Shown here piece by piece: positions 18,612 to 27,887 of a stretch of DNA of 64,000 nt. The position numbers and the translations under genes were made by a program. This DNA is from Betaproteobacteria bacterium RIFCSPLOWO2_12_FULL_62_58. GTDB lineage: Bacteria; Pseudomonadota; Gammaproteobacteria; Burkholderiales; SG8-41. Below the pieces are notes generated by a model, which saw nothing but the letters and a program-made list of their open reading frames with translations, did not search any database and was not told where the DNA came from. The DNA is taken from positions 18,232 through 82,231 of the forward strand of contig MERI01000103.1 of assembly GCA_001772005.1 (NCBI GenBank), in the 5' to 3' direction. Positions within the stretch are counted from its first letter, which is position 1. Every line of letters starts with the position of its first letter.

Positions 18612-20045
18612 TCATAGGATCGACTCGGGGTGCCACCTCCCCTGCGCTTTCAGCGCGTCGATATAGCCGCATTGCGTCACTGCCTCCAGGACTTCCTCCT
18701 TCGTCGAGTGCCGGATCAAAGGTTCATCAGTCTGCGCGAGAGCCATCATGAGCTCGGCTAACACGACGGCATACTGTTTGACGAGGTGCCTATCGATCTT
18801 ATCCATCGTGTCACAAATCGTGTGATCCCTCAAAGCTGCACCACGGCCTGTCGTGCCCACGGCGGATGCCCGCTTCCGTCCGCCGATTTGCACAGTCGGG
18901 ATGCCCTGCATGGCGAACGGATGATTGTCAGAGGTGCTGCACCAGGCCGGATTGCGCCCATCCGTGAATCCCACGGCAGCATCAATCTTCCATGCCTTGA
19001 CGAGTTTCGATAGCGGAGCGCAGAGTCCTGAAGGATTATTCACAGAGACGAATGGTTCCGGGTATCGTCCGAGTCCGTCGCCATTGATCATGACGTCGAT
19101 ATTCTTGATGTCGCTTTCATGGTGGGCAACATAATTGGTTGACCCGACGGCCCAGCATTCTTCATTTCCAAAGGCTACAAATTGCATCGTTCGCAGGAAC
19201 TTGCCTTTGAAGTTGGCCAGTGTCCGTGCAACATCGAGCATCACCATTGCGCCCAGAAGGTCGTCGCTCGCCGCTTCTTGTCCGATATCGTGGCCATCGA
19301 AATGAGCACCGACCAGGATCTTGCGTTCCGGGTATTTCGTGCCTCTGATATCGCCAACGACGTTCCACCCGACAGCATTGGGCACAACCTCGTTGCGCAT
19401 ATCGATGCTTACGGTTACAGGTCCCTTTTGCAGTTGGCGCTCAATGAACGCACCGGTTTCAAAAGACACGGCGACCACAGGGATGTCGCCGCTTTTCCGA
19501 TAACCGGTGGCGATTGTCCCCGCTTCAATAAGTCCCCCCGGCGTCTCGTTCCTGATGATGAGGCCGACCGCGCCAAAATCGCGCGCCCAACCGTGCTTCC
19601 CCGTTCTGTGACCGATAAAATAACTCTGCCCGGGATACCAACCCGTGGTTACCATGGCGATCTTGCCTTTCACCTGCCCGGCCTTGGCCTCAAAATCCTG
19701 CTTCACACCCTTGCCGAGGTCGATGACCTGCGCTTGGATGCCTCCAGCCGGCGTTGAGGCGGAATGCGCATGGGCAAAGGCCCAAATTTCCCGTTGGACA
19801 GGCGATAGCATTTTCACCGTGCATGGGCCGCGTTTCCACCCGTGGTAGCGATACGACTCCTCATGGGGGTTCTCGAGACCGGAAGCTTTAAACAGCTCCA
19901 GGATATAGTCCTTCGCCTGCCTCTCGCTCTCCGTACCCATGAACCTGTTGCCAAAGTGATCGACCACGTACTCCGTGTGCTCATAAGCTTTGCTGTTGAA
20001 CCAGAGATCACCTACAACCATTTTCCGAACATCAGTGAAGTCCAT
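18612..20045 (-). CDS. M28 family metallopeptidase with PA domain
   Basis: VGAHFD, ASDD, FGNEE, MINGD, SDNHPF, HT..DT. Confidence 0.85.
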   Translation of the reverse strand: MDFTDVRKMVVGDLWFNSKAYEHTEYVVDHFGNRFMGTESERQAKDYILELFKASGLENPHEESYRYHGWKRGPCTVKMLSPVQREIWAFAHAHSASTPAGGIQAQVIDLGKGVKQDFEAKAGQVKGKIAMVTTGWYPGQSYFIGHRTGKHGWARDFGAVGLIIRNETPGGLIEAGTIATGYRKSGDIPVVAVSFETGAFIERQLQKGPVTVSIDMRNEVVPNAVGWNVVGDIRGTKYPERKILVGAHFDGHDIGQEAASDDLLGAMVMLDVARTLANFKGKFLRTMQFVAFGNEECWAVGSTNYVAHHESDIKNIDVMINGDGLGRYPEPFVSVNNPSGLCAPLSKLVKAWKIDAAVGFTDGRNPAWCSTSDNHPFAMQGIPTVQIGGRKRASAVGTTGRGAALRDHTICDTMDKIDRHLVKQYAVVLAELMMALAQTDEPLIRHSTKEEVLEAVTQCGYIDALKAQGRWHPESIL

Positions 20046-20337
20046 ATCTCTATTCCTCCGTGGCGATCGTTTTATCGCTCGATCCTCTTACAAAAACCGG
20101 TTTCGTATCGTTCGTCGAATGTCCCCGGTCGCATAGATTTCTCTCGCGGCGCTACATCGCGATGCACCGCACGCTTCCATCTGCATAATTAGAAACGTTG
20201 TCGCGGCCAGAAAGGTCCGCAGCGCCGTGCATGTTGTTTGTTTTAGCACTACCGGCCTGCTACGGTGCGCCATTCCTTAAGAAGCGGACCATAGCGTTGC
20301 TGTTCCTTCTTGATGTTCATGCGCTCTCTCCATAACT

Positions 20338-22218
20338 TTACGCTGGCAGGAGCGGGAGGATCAAATGGCTCGGGTGCTCCGCGTCGTGAAAGACAGTGTT
20401 TCGCGCCGTGACGGTGTGCGTGTGATAGCCGACGGGCTCCCCAGTGTTCGGATTCGGGTCGAACGTCGGGAAGTTGCTGCTCGAGATGTCGAGGCGAATC
20501 CGGTGGCCGCGTTCGAAGCGATTCGCGGTGGCCCAGAGGTCGATCGTCACCTCGTATACCTCTCCCGGCGTCATCGGCTCGGCCCGCTCGAGTGAATTGC
20601 GGTAGCGCATGCGCCGAATGCTGTCGATCAGGATCATCGCGTAGCCGCGGGGATAGTCCGGATTCGGCGGGTAGACGTCGATGAGCTTTGCGGTGAAGTC
20701 GGTGTCGACCGCGGTCGAGGAGACGTAGAGCTTCACGCTCAGCGGTCCGACGACCTCCACCGCCTGGGCCAGCGGCGGCGTCTGGAAGCTCAGCACGTCC
20801 GGCCGCGACTCCAGCGGCAGATGGTCGATGCAGCCGAGAATATCCGGACGACAGACCTGATCCTGGGGACCAGTGCTGAACGGATAGGTGTAGTTACCGC
20901 CGATTTGCGGACAGGGGTCGTTCGGGGCATAGCTGTAAGCCGTCGGTGCAACGCCAAGCGGTGATGGCTCCGGCCGAAGCGTGCCATCACCGTGAAGGTA
21001 CAGCCGCCGCTCGACCGCACCGGGTACCGGCCAATCGTCGACGGTGATCCAGCGACCACCGTGCTGCATACGGCCGTCGGGATTCTTGCGGCCGCTTCCG
21101 CCCCCCATGATGAAGACTCTAACTCGTGGCTCCTCGTTCAGGATCTCAACGGGCATTTCCTTCAGTACGCGATCGAAGAACGCCAGGCGGAGGTGGTTCC
21201 AGTCGACGTACGCATCGGGGCCGAAGTCGACGTCGCCCTGCCACGTCTTGCGCGCGCGAACCGGCCCGTGGCAGGAGGGCCCGAGCACGAAGTAGGTCGG
21301 TGAGCGGTGGAGGCGCGAGAGGTTCTGGTAGTTGACCATCGTGCCCCGGAGGAGAAAATCGTAAAACCCGCCGTAGAAGAACATCGGGATGTCGGCAAAC
21401 CGGTCGTAGTAACCCTCGTAGTAGTAACCGTTCTGCTTCCAGTAATCGTCGTGATCCTGATGGTCGACCCACTCGCGGTACCAGGTCTGAACGTTCGGCA
21501 GCCGCTCGAAGATCGAGAAGTGCTTGCTGAGCGGGCGTTTGAACCACTCGTAGACGTGCTCCTCGGCCTCGGCTATCCATGCTGCCAGAACCGGATCGGC
21601 CAGCGTCTTCTGATCCATTCTTGCATGATGCAGACTGTAGAAGAGGTTGTGAGCGAGGCGGAAGGCCCCGCCGCAGGCCTCGGTATCTTGATGGTAGTCG
21701 GCCGTGCCGAATGCAGGGAACATCGCAGTCAAGTTCGGCGCTCCCTCGCGCGCGAGCGCCATCTGGGTAGCGCAGTCGTACGAGTAGCCGCTGGTTCCGA
21801 CTTTGCCATTAGACCAGGGTTGCCGGCCGATCCATTCGAGGAGGTCGTAGCCGTCGCGACCTTCATTGAGGTACATCCGGAACTCGCCTTCAGATCGACC
21901 GTGGCCGCGGGAGTCCTGAAACACGAAGACGTAACCGCGCCGCGCGAAGAATTCAGGATCGTTCGCCGCCAAGGCTCGTGGCACCTTGTCGTACGGCGTT
22001 CGGTCGACGATTACCGGAAAGCTCCCCGCTACCGGCTTGCCCTCCTTGGCCGGGAAGTAGAGGTCGGTCGCAAGTCGGACTCCGTCCCGCATCGGCACCA
22101 TAACGTCGCGGACCAAAGCATATTCACGATACTCTGCAGGCCGATCGTAGCCGAGGAGCCGGAGTGCTGCGTCGGAGCTCTTGGCGATGGTGGTCACGTC
22201 GGCGATTGTTTGCACCAT
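20338..22218 (-). CDS. CocE/NonD family serine hydrolase (S15-like)
   Basis: VPMRDGVRLATDLY, RTPYDK, DSRGHGRSEG, GYSY, GHRIRLDISSSNFP. Confidence 0.92.
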   Translation of the reverse strand: MVQTIADVTTIAKSSDAALRLLGYDRPAEYREYALVRDVMVPMRDGVRLATDLYFPAKEGKPVAGSFPVIVDRTPYDKVPRALAANDPEFFARRGYVFVFQDSRGHGRSEGEFRMYLNEGRDGYDLLEWIGRQPWSNGKVGTSGYSYDCATQMALAREGAPNLTAMFPAFGTADYHQDTEACGGAFRLAHNLFYSLHHARMDQKTLADPVLAAWIAEAEEHVYEWFKRPLSKHFSIFERLPNVQTWYREWVDHQDHDDYWKQNGYYYEGYYDRFADIPMFFYGGFYDFLLRGTMVNYQNLSRLHRSPTYFVLGPSCHGPVRARKTWQGDVDFGPDAYVDWNHLRLAFFDRVLKEMPVEILNEEPRVRVFIMGGGSGRKNPDGRMQHGGRWITVDDWPVPGAVERRLYLHGDGTLRPEPSPLGVAPTAYSYAPNDPCPQIGGNYTYPFSTGPQDQVCRPDILGCIDHLPLESRPDVLSFQTPPLAQAVEVVGPLSVKLYVSSTAVDTDFTAKLIDVYPPNPDYPRGYAMILIDSIRRMRYRNSLERAEPMTPGEVYEVTIDLWATANRFERGHRIRLDISSSNFPTFDPNPNTGEPVGYHTHTVTARNTVFHDAEHPSHLILPLLPA

Positions 22219-22252
22219 GAAGTCTCCCTATCCCCCAAACAGAGCGGTGGAG

Positions 22253-23452
22253 CTAGATTTCAACGAATTTCATTGGATATTTCTGCAGCGCCTCGGCGCC
22301 AGTTTCAGTAACGAGAACGAGGGAGCCGATCTGAAGCCCCCGCCGTTTATCCGCTGAGAGGACGTGGGGCTGAACGACCATACACATGCCGGGCTTGAAT
22401 ACGATTGGCTCTTGGGGCCGCTTGATCAGCGCGATTTCGAAAAGATCCAGCCGGGGCGGCTCGATGCTGAGTCCCCAACCATGCACGAGGGCATCAAAGG
22501 TCCAGAATCCTTTCTCCTTGATCGGAGCAGCGGCTCGGCGCACATCCTCGTCCGTCTTGCCAGGGCCCATCGCGCCGAGCACGCGCTGATAGGTCTCTTT
22601 GGCGACCTCAAAGATCTCTTGATATGCCTGTGTCGGCTTGCTGCTGACAACGAGCGGGCGGTGGATCTGACCGGCATAGCCCGAGTAGCTCGAGCTGAGC
22701 TCGGTCAGAACCACGTCGCCCTTCTGGAGCTTACGATGAGAAGGCTCCTGGCGGGGGAAAATGATCTGCGGATCGTCCATCGAGGTGGCGCCGATGAAGC
22801 TCACTCGCTGGTCGCCGTTCAGGCCATAGCAGGTCTTGGCGATGATGCCAGCGAGCTGGAGCTCTGTCATGCCCTCCTTAGCTTCCTGCTCGAGAGCGAC
22901 GACGGTCGCATCGGTGAGCTCAGCACCCTTCCGGAGCCACTCGATCTCTTCGTTGCTCTTGATCCTCCGTATCTGCTGGAGAATCTCGGTCGCATCTTCC
23001 AACGTTGCATTGGGCAGCGCCGATCTGAGGCCCTCGACGTGCTCGTGGGGCAGCGTACTCTTTTGGATCCCACGCAGCCCGACTAATCCGAGACGGGCCC
23101 TGTCCAGCTTCAGCCTCTTCAGCTCGACGGCGACGCGCTCTGGCGGGTTCCAGGTTACCCAGTCGACATTCTTGACCACCGCCATCGTCTTCGCGTGGGG
23201 TAGATAGAGCTCGTTGCTCATGATCAGGATCGGTTCCTGGCCGAGAGGGACCAGGACGTAGCTGAAGAGCGGATCGCGATAGCCGGTAAGATAGAAAATG
23301 TTGGCCTGATTTCCGCTGTGGCTTCCCGAGTCACCGTAGACCACCAGGCCGTCCAGGTGCCGCTTTTCCATCTCCGCCCACACAGCCTGGTGGCGTCGCT
23401 GGTATTCCTCGGAGCTAAAGCTGGGGAAAATCTGCGTCTGCTGCTGAATCAT
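22253..23452 (-). CDS. M24 (Xaa-Pro peptidase/creatinase-like) family protein with altered metal ligands
   Basis: FSSEEYQRR, NIFYLTGY, RRIKSNEEI, HGWGL; ATG 23452 after GGAGG. Confidence 0.82.
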   Translation of the reverse strand: MIQQQTQIFPSFSSEEYQRRHQAVWAEMEKRHLDGLVVYGDSGSHSGNQANIFYLTGYRDPLFSYVLVPLGQEPILIMSNELYLPHAKTMAVVKNVDWVTWNPPERVAVELKRLKLDRARLGLVGLRGIQKSTLPHEHVEGLRSALPNATLEDATEILQQIRRIKSNEEIEWLRKGAELTDATVVALEQEAKEGMTELQLAGIIAKTCYGLNGDQRVSFIGATSMDDPQIIFPRQEPSHRKLQKGDVVLTELSSSYSGYAGQIHRPLVVSSKPTQAYQEIFEVAKETYQRVLGAMGPGKTDEDVRRAAAPIKEKGFWTFDALVHGWGLSIEPPRLDLFEIALIKRPQEPIVFKPGMCMVVQPHVLSADKRRGLQIGSLVLVTETGAEALQKYPMKFVEI

Positions 23453-23484
23453 CGGGCCTCCTTCCAATCCTGAGGATTAATTGT

Positions 23485-24624
23485 TTATTGCTTAGCCGGC
23501 TTCACGGCAGCACCAGCCTCGGGCGGGCGGGCCAACAATCCGCCTTTCGGCCGACAAGTAGAGATTCCACGAGTCGGAGTTATCGAGCTTTGGTACAGGT
23601 GACAGGCCACATGGTGCTCAGGGCTGACTTCCCGCCATGGGGGCGCCACCCGCAAGCAAATATCCATCACACAAGGGCATCGCGTCCGGAAGCGGCAACC
23701 GGATGGAATGTCGATCGGAGTCGGCACCTCGCCCGGTAGCTCGACTCGCTTGCGAGCAGCTGTCGGGTCGGCAATCGGCACTGCCGCCATCAGGCTCTGT
23801 GTGTATGGGTGGGCCGGGTGATCGATCACCTCATCTGTCTCTCCGTGTTCGACGAAGACGCCGAGGTACATGATCGCGACCCGATCGCAGACGTAGCGAA
23901 CGGTCGAGATATCGTGCGAGACGTAGAGCACGCCGAGGCCAAGATCCTTTGAGAGCGTCTCGAGCAGGTCGAGTATCCCTGCTCGAATCGATACGTCGAG
24001 CATCGAGATCGGCTCGTCGGCGACGACAAAGTCAGGCTTGAGCACGAGCGTGCGGGCGATGACTGCGCGCTGCCGCTGACCACCGGATAATTCGTGGGGG
24101 TAACGGTGAAGGAAGTGGCGAGGCTGCAGATTCACCCGCTCGAGCGACTCGACGACGCGGACGGCCCGCTCGGCGCGATCGCCGATACCGTGAATCTTGA
24201 GCGGCTCCTCGACCGCCTCGCCCACGGTCAGCCTGGGATTGAGGGAGCCATAGGGGTCCTGGAAAATGATCTGGGCCCGACGCCGGAATCGCCGGAGGCC
24301 ATCGCCGTGGATATGAGTGACTTCCTCGCCGCTCAGGAAGATGCTGCCGGCACTCGGCTCATAAAGCCGGACGAGCGTCATTCCCAGCGTCGACTTTCCA
24401 CTGCCGCTCTCGCCGACCAGACCAAAGATACTTCGGCTCGATACGCTCACGTCGACGCCATCAACCGCCTTGACGGTTCGGGGCGGCCCGCGCCGAACGA
24501 GCGCCGCGATCACACCGGTGTCGATCGGGAAGTGCTTCTTCAGTCCTTTGGCCTCGATCACCGGGGCGGGTGTAGCTGCCTGATCCTGGACCAGCCTATC
24601 GCCCGGCTCGCGTCGAGCGGTCAT
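23485..24624 (-). CDS. Peptide ABC transporter ATP-binding subunit (OppF/DppF-like)
   Basis: GESGSGKST, LSGGQRQR, VADEP, HPYT, GCRFRTRC. Confidence 0.92.
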   Translation of the reverse strand: MTARREPGDRLVQDQAATPAPVIEAKGLKKHFPIDTGVIAALVRRGPPRTVKAVDGVDVSVSSRSIFGLVGESGSGKSTLGMTLVRLYEPSAGSIFLSGEEVTHIHGDGLRRFRRRAQIIFQDPYGSLNPRLTVGEAVEEPLKIHGIGDRAERAVRVVESLERVNLQPRHFLHRYPHELSGGQRQRAVIARTLVLKPDFVVADEPISMLDVSIRAGILDLLETLSKDLGLGVLYVSHDISTVRYVCDRVAIMYLGVFVEHGETDEVIDHPAHPYTQSLMAAVPIADPTAARKRVELPGEVPTPIDIPSGCRFRTRCPCVMDICLRVAPPWREVSPEHHVACHLYQSSITPTRGISTCRPKGGLLARPPEAGAAVKPAKQ

Positions 24625-24661
24625 CGATCGTTCTCCAAGCGCAAGCGTGTGCTCCAGCAGG

Positions 24662-25759
24662 TTAGCCGAGGCCGATTCGCACAGCAACCTCGTCCCAGGT
24701 CGATTTCTCCTTCGCCCGTTCCCGCAAACTGGCGGCCTGATCGGTGTAGTGGCACGCGGCCGAGTGATCGGTCCCAACGTGGCGCAGTGATGGCTTGAGG
24801 TCCCGGCAACGGTCGCTCGCGAAAGGACATCGCTCGGCGAAGCAACAGCCGCGCGGCGGGTCGATCAAGCTTGGTGGACTGCCCGGAATGGCGATCAGCT
24901 TGTTGATCGCGCCCTTGATGTTCGGGAATGCGTTCTTGAGCCCCATCGTGTAAGGATGGCATGGCTCCTGAAGGACACCGATCGTCGGCCCGTATTCGAC
25001 GATCTTGCCCGCGTACATGACGGCCGTGTCATTGCACGTCTCGGCGATGACGGAGATATCGTGCGTGACGAGGATCATCGAAGCGCCCACCGCCTCATGA
25101 ATGCGGCGAATCCGGCCGAGGATTTGGTCTTGCGTGATTACGTCGAGCGCAGTCGTCGGCTCGTCGGCGATGATCAAGCCCGGCTGCAGTACCAGGGCGA
25201 GCGCGATGATCGCGCGCTGGCGCATCCCTCCACTAAATTGGTGCGGATAGTTCCTGAGCCGGTCTGGAGCCAGCTCAACCAAATCGAACATCTCGACGGC
25301 TCGCTGCCAGGCATCGTCATAGCTAACGTCCCCGTGCGCCCGGATCGCCTCGACGATCTGGTCGCCAACCCGATAGACCGGATCGAGGCTATTCATCGCG
25401 CTCTGCGTGATCAGCGACATTCGCGTCCAGCGAATCTGGCGAAGCTCGTTCGACTTCATCGCCAGCACGTTGCGGCCGTCGAGTCGGACCTCGCCGTCAA
25501 CGAACGCATCCTCGGGAAGCAGTCGGAAGATCGCTTTAACCAGCGTCGTCTTGCCGCAGCCCGACTCGCCGACCATGCCGAGATAATCGCCCGGCCGCAC
25601 CTCGAAGCTGACGTCGTCCACGGCCCTGACGTAGCCGCTCCGGGTCGCGTAGTAGGCGCGAAGGCGGTCGACGGAGAGCTCCCCCGGCCTCGTTTGTTGC
25701 CGAAGGTGCTCGATCAACCGGGACTTACGAGTCGTTGGCCTCGCCGCCTGCTGGGTCAT
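24662..25759 (-). CDS. Peptide ABC transporter ATP-binding subunit (OppD/DppD-like)
   Basis: GESGCGKTT, FSGGMRQR, IADEPTTALD, HPYT. Confidence 0.92.
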   Translation of the reverse strand: MTQQAARPTTRKSRLIEHLRQQTRPGELSVDRLRAYYATRSGYVRAVDDVSFEVRPGDYLGMVGESGCGKTTLVKAIFRLLPEDAFVDGEVRLDGRNVLAMKSNELRQIRWTRMSLITQSAMNSLDPVYRVGDQIVEAIRAHGDVSYDDAWQRAVEMFDLVELAPDRLRNYPHQFSGGMRQRAIIALALVLQPGLIIADEPTTALDVITQDQILGRIRRIHEAVGASMILVTHDISVIAETCNDTAVMYAGKIVEYGPTIGVLQEPCHPYTMGLKNAFPNIKGAINKLIAIPGSPPSLIDPPRGCCFAERCPFASDRCRDLKPSLRHVGTDHSAACHYTDQAASLRERAKEKSTWDEVAVRIGLG

Positions 25760-26754
25760 GCCGCCCTCTGTCGGAGTCGAGGATTCGTTTTCTCTTCGAA
25801 TGCTCGACCGATGAAGTAGATCGATGAGATCAGCAGGATCAGGCCAAGCGATGGCGGCAGGACCCACCACCAGGCCGAGCGGATTGAGGCGGTCTGGAAG
25901 GCAAGGTTCAGCATCTGCCCCCAGCTTGCCATGCTGGGGTCACCCAGCCCGATAAAACTCAAGCTCGCCTCGGTGAGTACCGCAAAAGCGATCGACATCG
26001 TCATCCACAAAAAGGCGACCGGAAGCACGTTCGGCAAGATATGGTAAGTCATGATCCGCCAGTGGCTTGCGCCGAGTGCTCTGGCTGCAGCGATGAATGG
26101 CCGCTCCTTCTGGGTCAGCACGGCTGATCTCACGATTCGGGCGCCATTCCGCCAATACAGGAGGACGATGACGAACAGCACGTTCTCCAGACTTGGGCCG
26201 AGCACAGCGACCATGATGATTGCAAACGGAAGAGTCGGAATGCTGAGCGCGATATCGACGATTCGCATGATCGCGTCGTCGAGGTAGCCCCCGAAGTAGC
26301 CTGAGACCAGGCCGAGAACGGTGCTGATCAGCCCGACGGCAACAGCTGCGCTGAGCCCAACCAGGAACGCGATCCGGATTCCCAGGATGAACTGCGAGAG
26401 GACCGAGTGGGCAAAGTAATCGGTGCCGAATGGGTGGGCTGCACTTGGCTCGGCGAGACGAAGCATGGTTCCGTCAGGTGCCTTCAAGGCCTGAAACGGG
26501 GGAAGCGGCACGATCAGTGGGCCGAGAATGCCAACAACTGCCAGCGTGGCGATGATCGCCATCCCGACTACCGCCATTCGATCCTTGACGAGCAGCCCGA
26601 ATGTCTCGATGAGCGGAGCAAACACCGAGCGCGATCGCCCGGCCGCCCAGATCGCCATCGCCTCCTGAACCCTGGACGGGTCAAACGCGGCAGCCCGATC
26701 CTCTGAATAAACCGCGCTCGCACGTCTGATTTTCGATTTCTTCAGCAGAGTCAT
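25756..26754 (-). CDS. Peptide ABC transporter permease (OppC/DppC-like)
   Basis: HPFGTD, AARALGAS..RI..HILPNV, EASLSFIGLG. Confidence 0.92.
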   Translation of the reverse strand: MTLLKKSKIRRASAVYSEDRAAAFDPSRVQEAMAIWAAGRSRSVFAPLIETFGLLVKDRMAVVGMAIIATLAVVGILGPLIVPLPPFQALKAPDGTMLRLAEPSAAHPFGTDYFAHSVLSQFILGIRIAFLVGLSAAVAVGLISTVLGLVSGYFGGYLDDAIMRIVDIALSIPTLPFAIIMVAVLGPSLENVLFVIVLLYWRNGARIVRSAVLTQKERPFIAAARALGASHWRIMTYHILPNVLPVAFLWMTMSIAFAVLTEASLSFIGLGDPSMASWGQMLNLAFQTASIRSAWWWVLPPSLGLILLISSIYFIGRAFEEKTNPRLRQRAA

Positions 26755-26773
26755 TTCAGCTTCCTCACTGCCG

Positions 26774-27745
26774 TTACTTATAGACGACCCGAGGGTCGAG
26801 GTAGCTGTAGACAAGATCGGCAAGAAGATTCGATGCGACGATCATCACAGCGAGCAGGAAGAAGCCGGCCTGGGCAATCGGCATGTCTTGCCTCGTGACC
26901 GAGAATACCAGCTCCCGGCCTACCCCGGGCCAGCTGAAGACCACCTCGACGAGCACGATCCCCGCGACCGTCTCGGCTAAGCTGGGAAATAGCCACGTAA
27001 TGACCGGCAGCAGCGAGTTCCGACCGGCGTGCCACATGACCCGGAATTCGCTCACACCCTTGGCTCGGACCATTTCGAGATAGTCTTCTCCTCGGGCTTC
27101 AAGTACGCCAGTGCGCATGAGCAGCAGGTTTTCAGGAATGAACGTCAGGGCGACGACCGCGACCGGGAGAATCAAGTGTTGGAGAAAGTCGCCGTTCAGG
27201 TATGTCGCTGCGAAGCCCGAAGGATTCGCTCCAGGGGTTCTCATGCCGAAACCCGGCAGTAGGTCGAAAAAGCCGCTGAAGACCATGAGCGCGAGGATCC
27301 CGGTTACGAAAGGTGGCGCTCCACGGATGACGGTCGCCAACAGAATACCCAGCCCGTCGATCGCCCCACCCCGGCGGGACCAGCCGACGAACATCCCGAG
27401 GACTGAGCCGAACGTGGCGCCAAGCAGCAAGCCAGGGATCGCGATCCAGAGCGTGTTGAGAACCTTGGGTGCGAGGATTTCCCAGACGGGCTTGCTGTAG
27501 AAGAAGGAAAGCCCGAAGTCGCCTTGGAAAAGGTTCGTGAGGTAGCGAACATACTGAACGTAGAGTGGCCCCGTGAGTCCCCACTGCTCGAGCAGCCGCT
27601 GGCGGGTCTCCTCCGGCATGCCGCGCTCGACGAGCATCGCCGTCGGATCGGACGGGATGATCCTGAAAATCACGAACATGAGAGTGACCATCACGAAGAC
27701 GACGATGATCGACTGGATGATTCGGCGGGCTAAGTAGACTCGCAT
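26774..27745 (-). CDS. Peptide ABC transporter permease (OppB/DppB-like)
   Basis: GDFGLSF, HLILP, RAKG, EVVFSWPGVG, DLVYSYLDPR. Confidence 0.92.
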   Translation of the reverse strand: MRVYLARRIIQSIIVVFVMVTLMFVIFRIIPSDPTAMLVERGMPEETRQRLLEQWGLTGPLYVQYVRYLTNLFQGDFGLSFFYSKPVWEILAPKVLNTLWIAIPGLLLGATFGSVLGMFVGWSRRGGAIDGLGILLATVIRGAPPFVTGILALMVFSGFFDLLPGFGMRTPGANPSGFAATYLNGDFLQHLILPVAVVALTFIPENLLLMRTGVLEARGEDYLEMVRAKGVSEFRVMWHAGRNSLLPVITWLFPSLAETVAGIVLVEVVFSWPGVGRELVFSVTRQDMPIAQAGFFLLAVMIVASNLLADLVYSYLDPRVVYK

Positions 27746-27887
27746 CCGGGCAAGCCCCCTCCAGTCAACGTTAACCCTGCGCGATGTTCCGGGCGAAATT
27801 GCACAGCTTGTTGAACATCGTGTCCCGATTGAGCCGGCAAACTACCGGTTCTGCATCCGTGCAAGCGTGGGCAGAGCACACCCGCGC

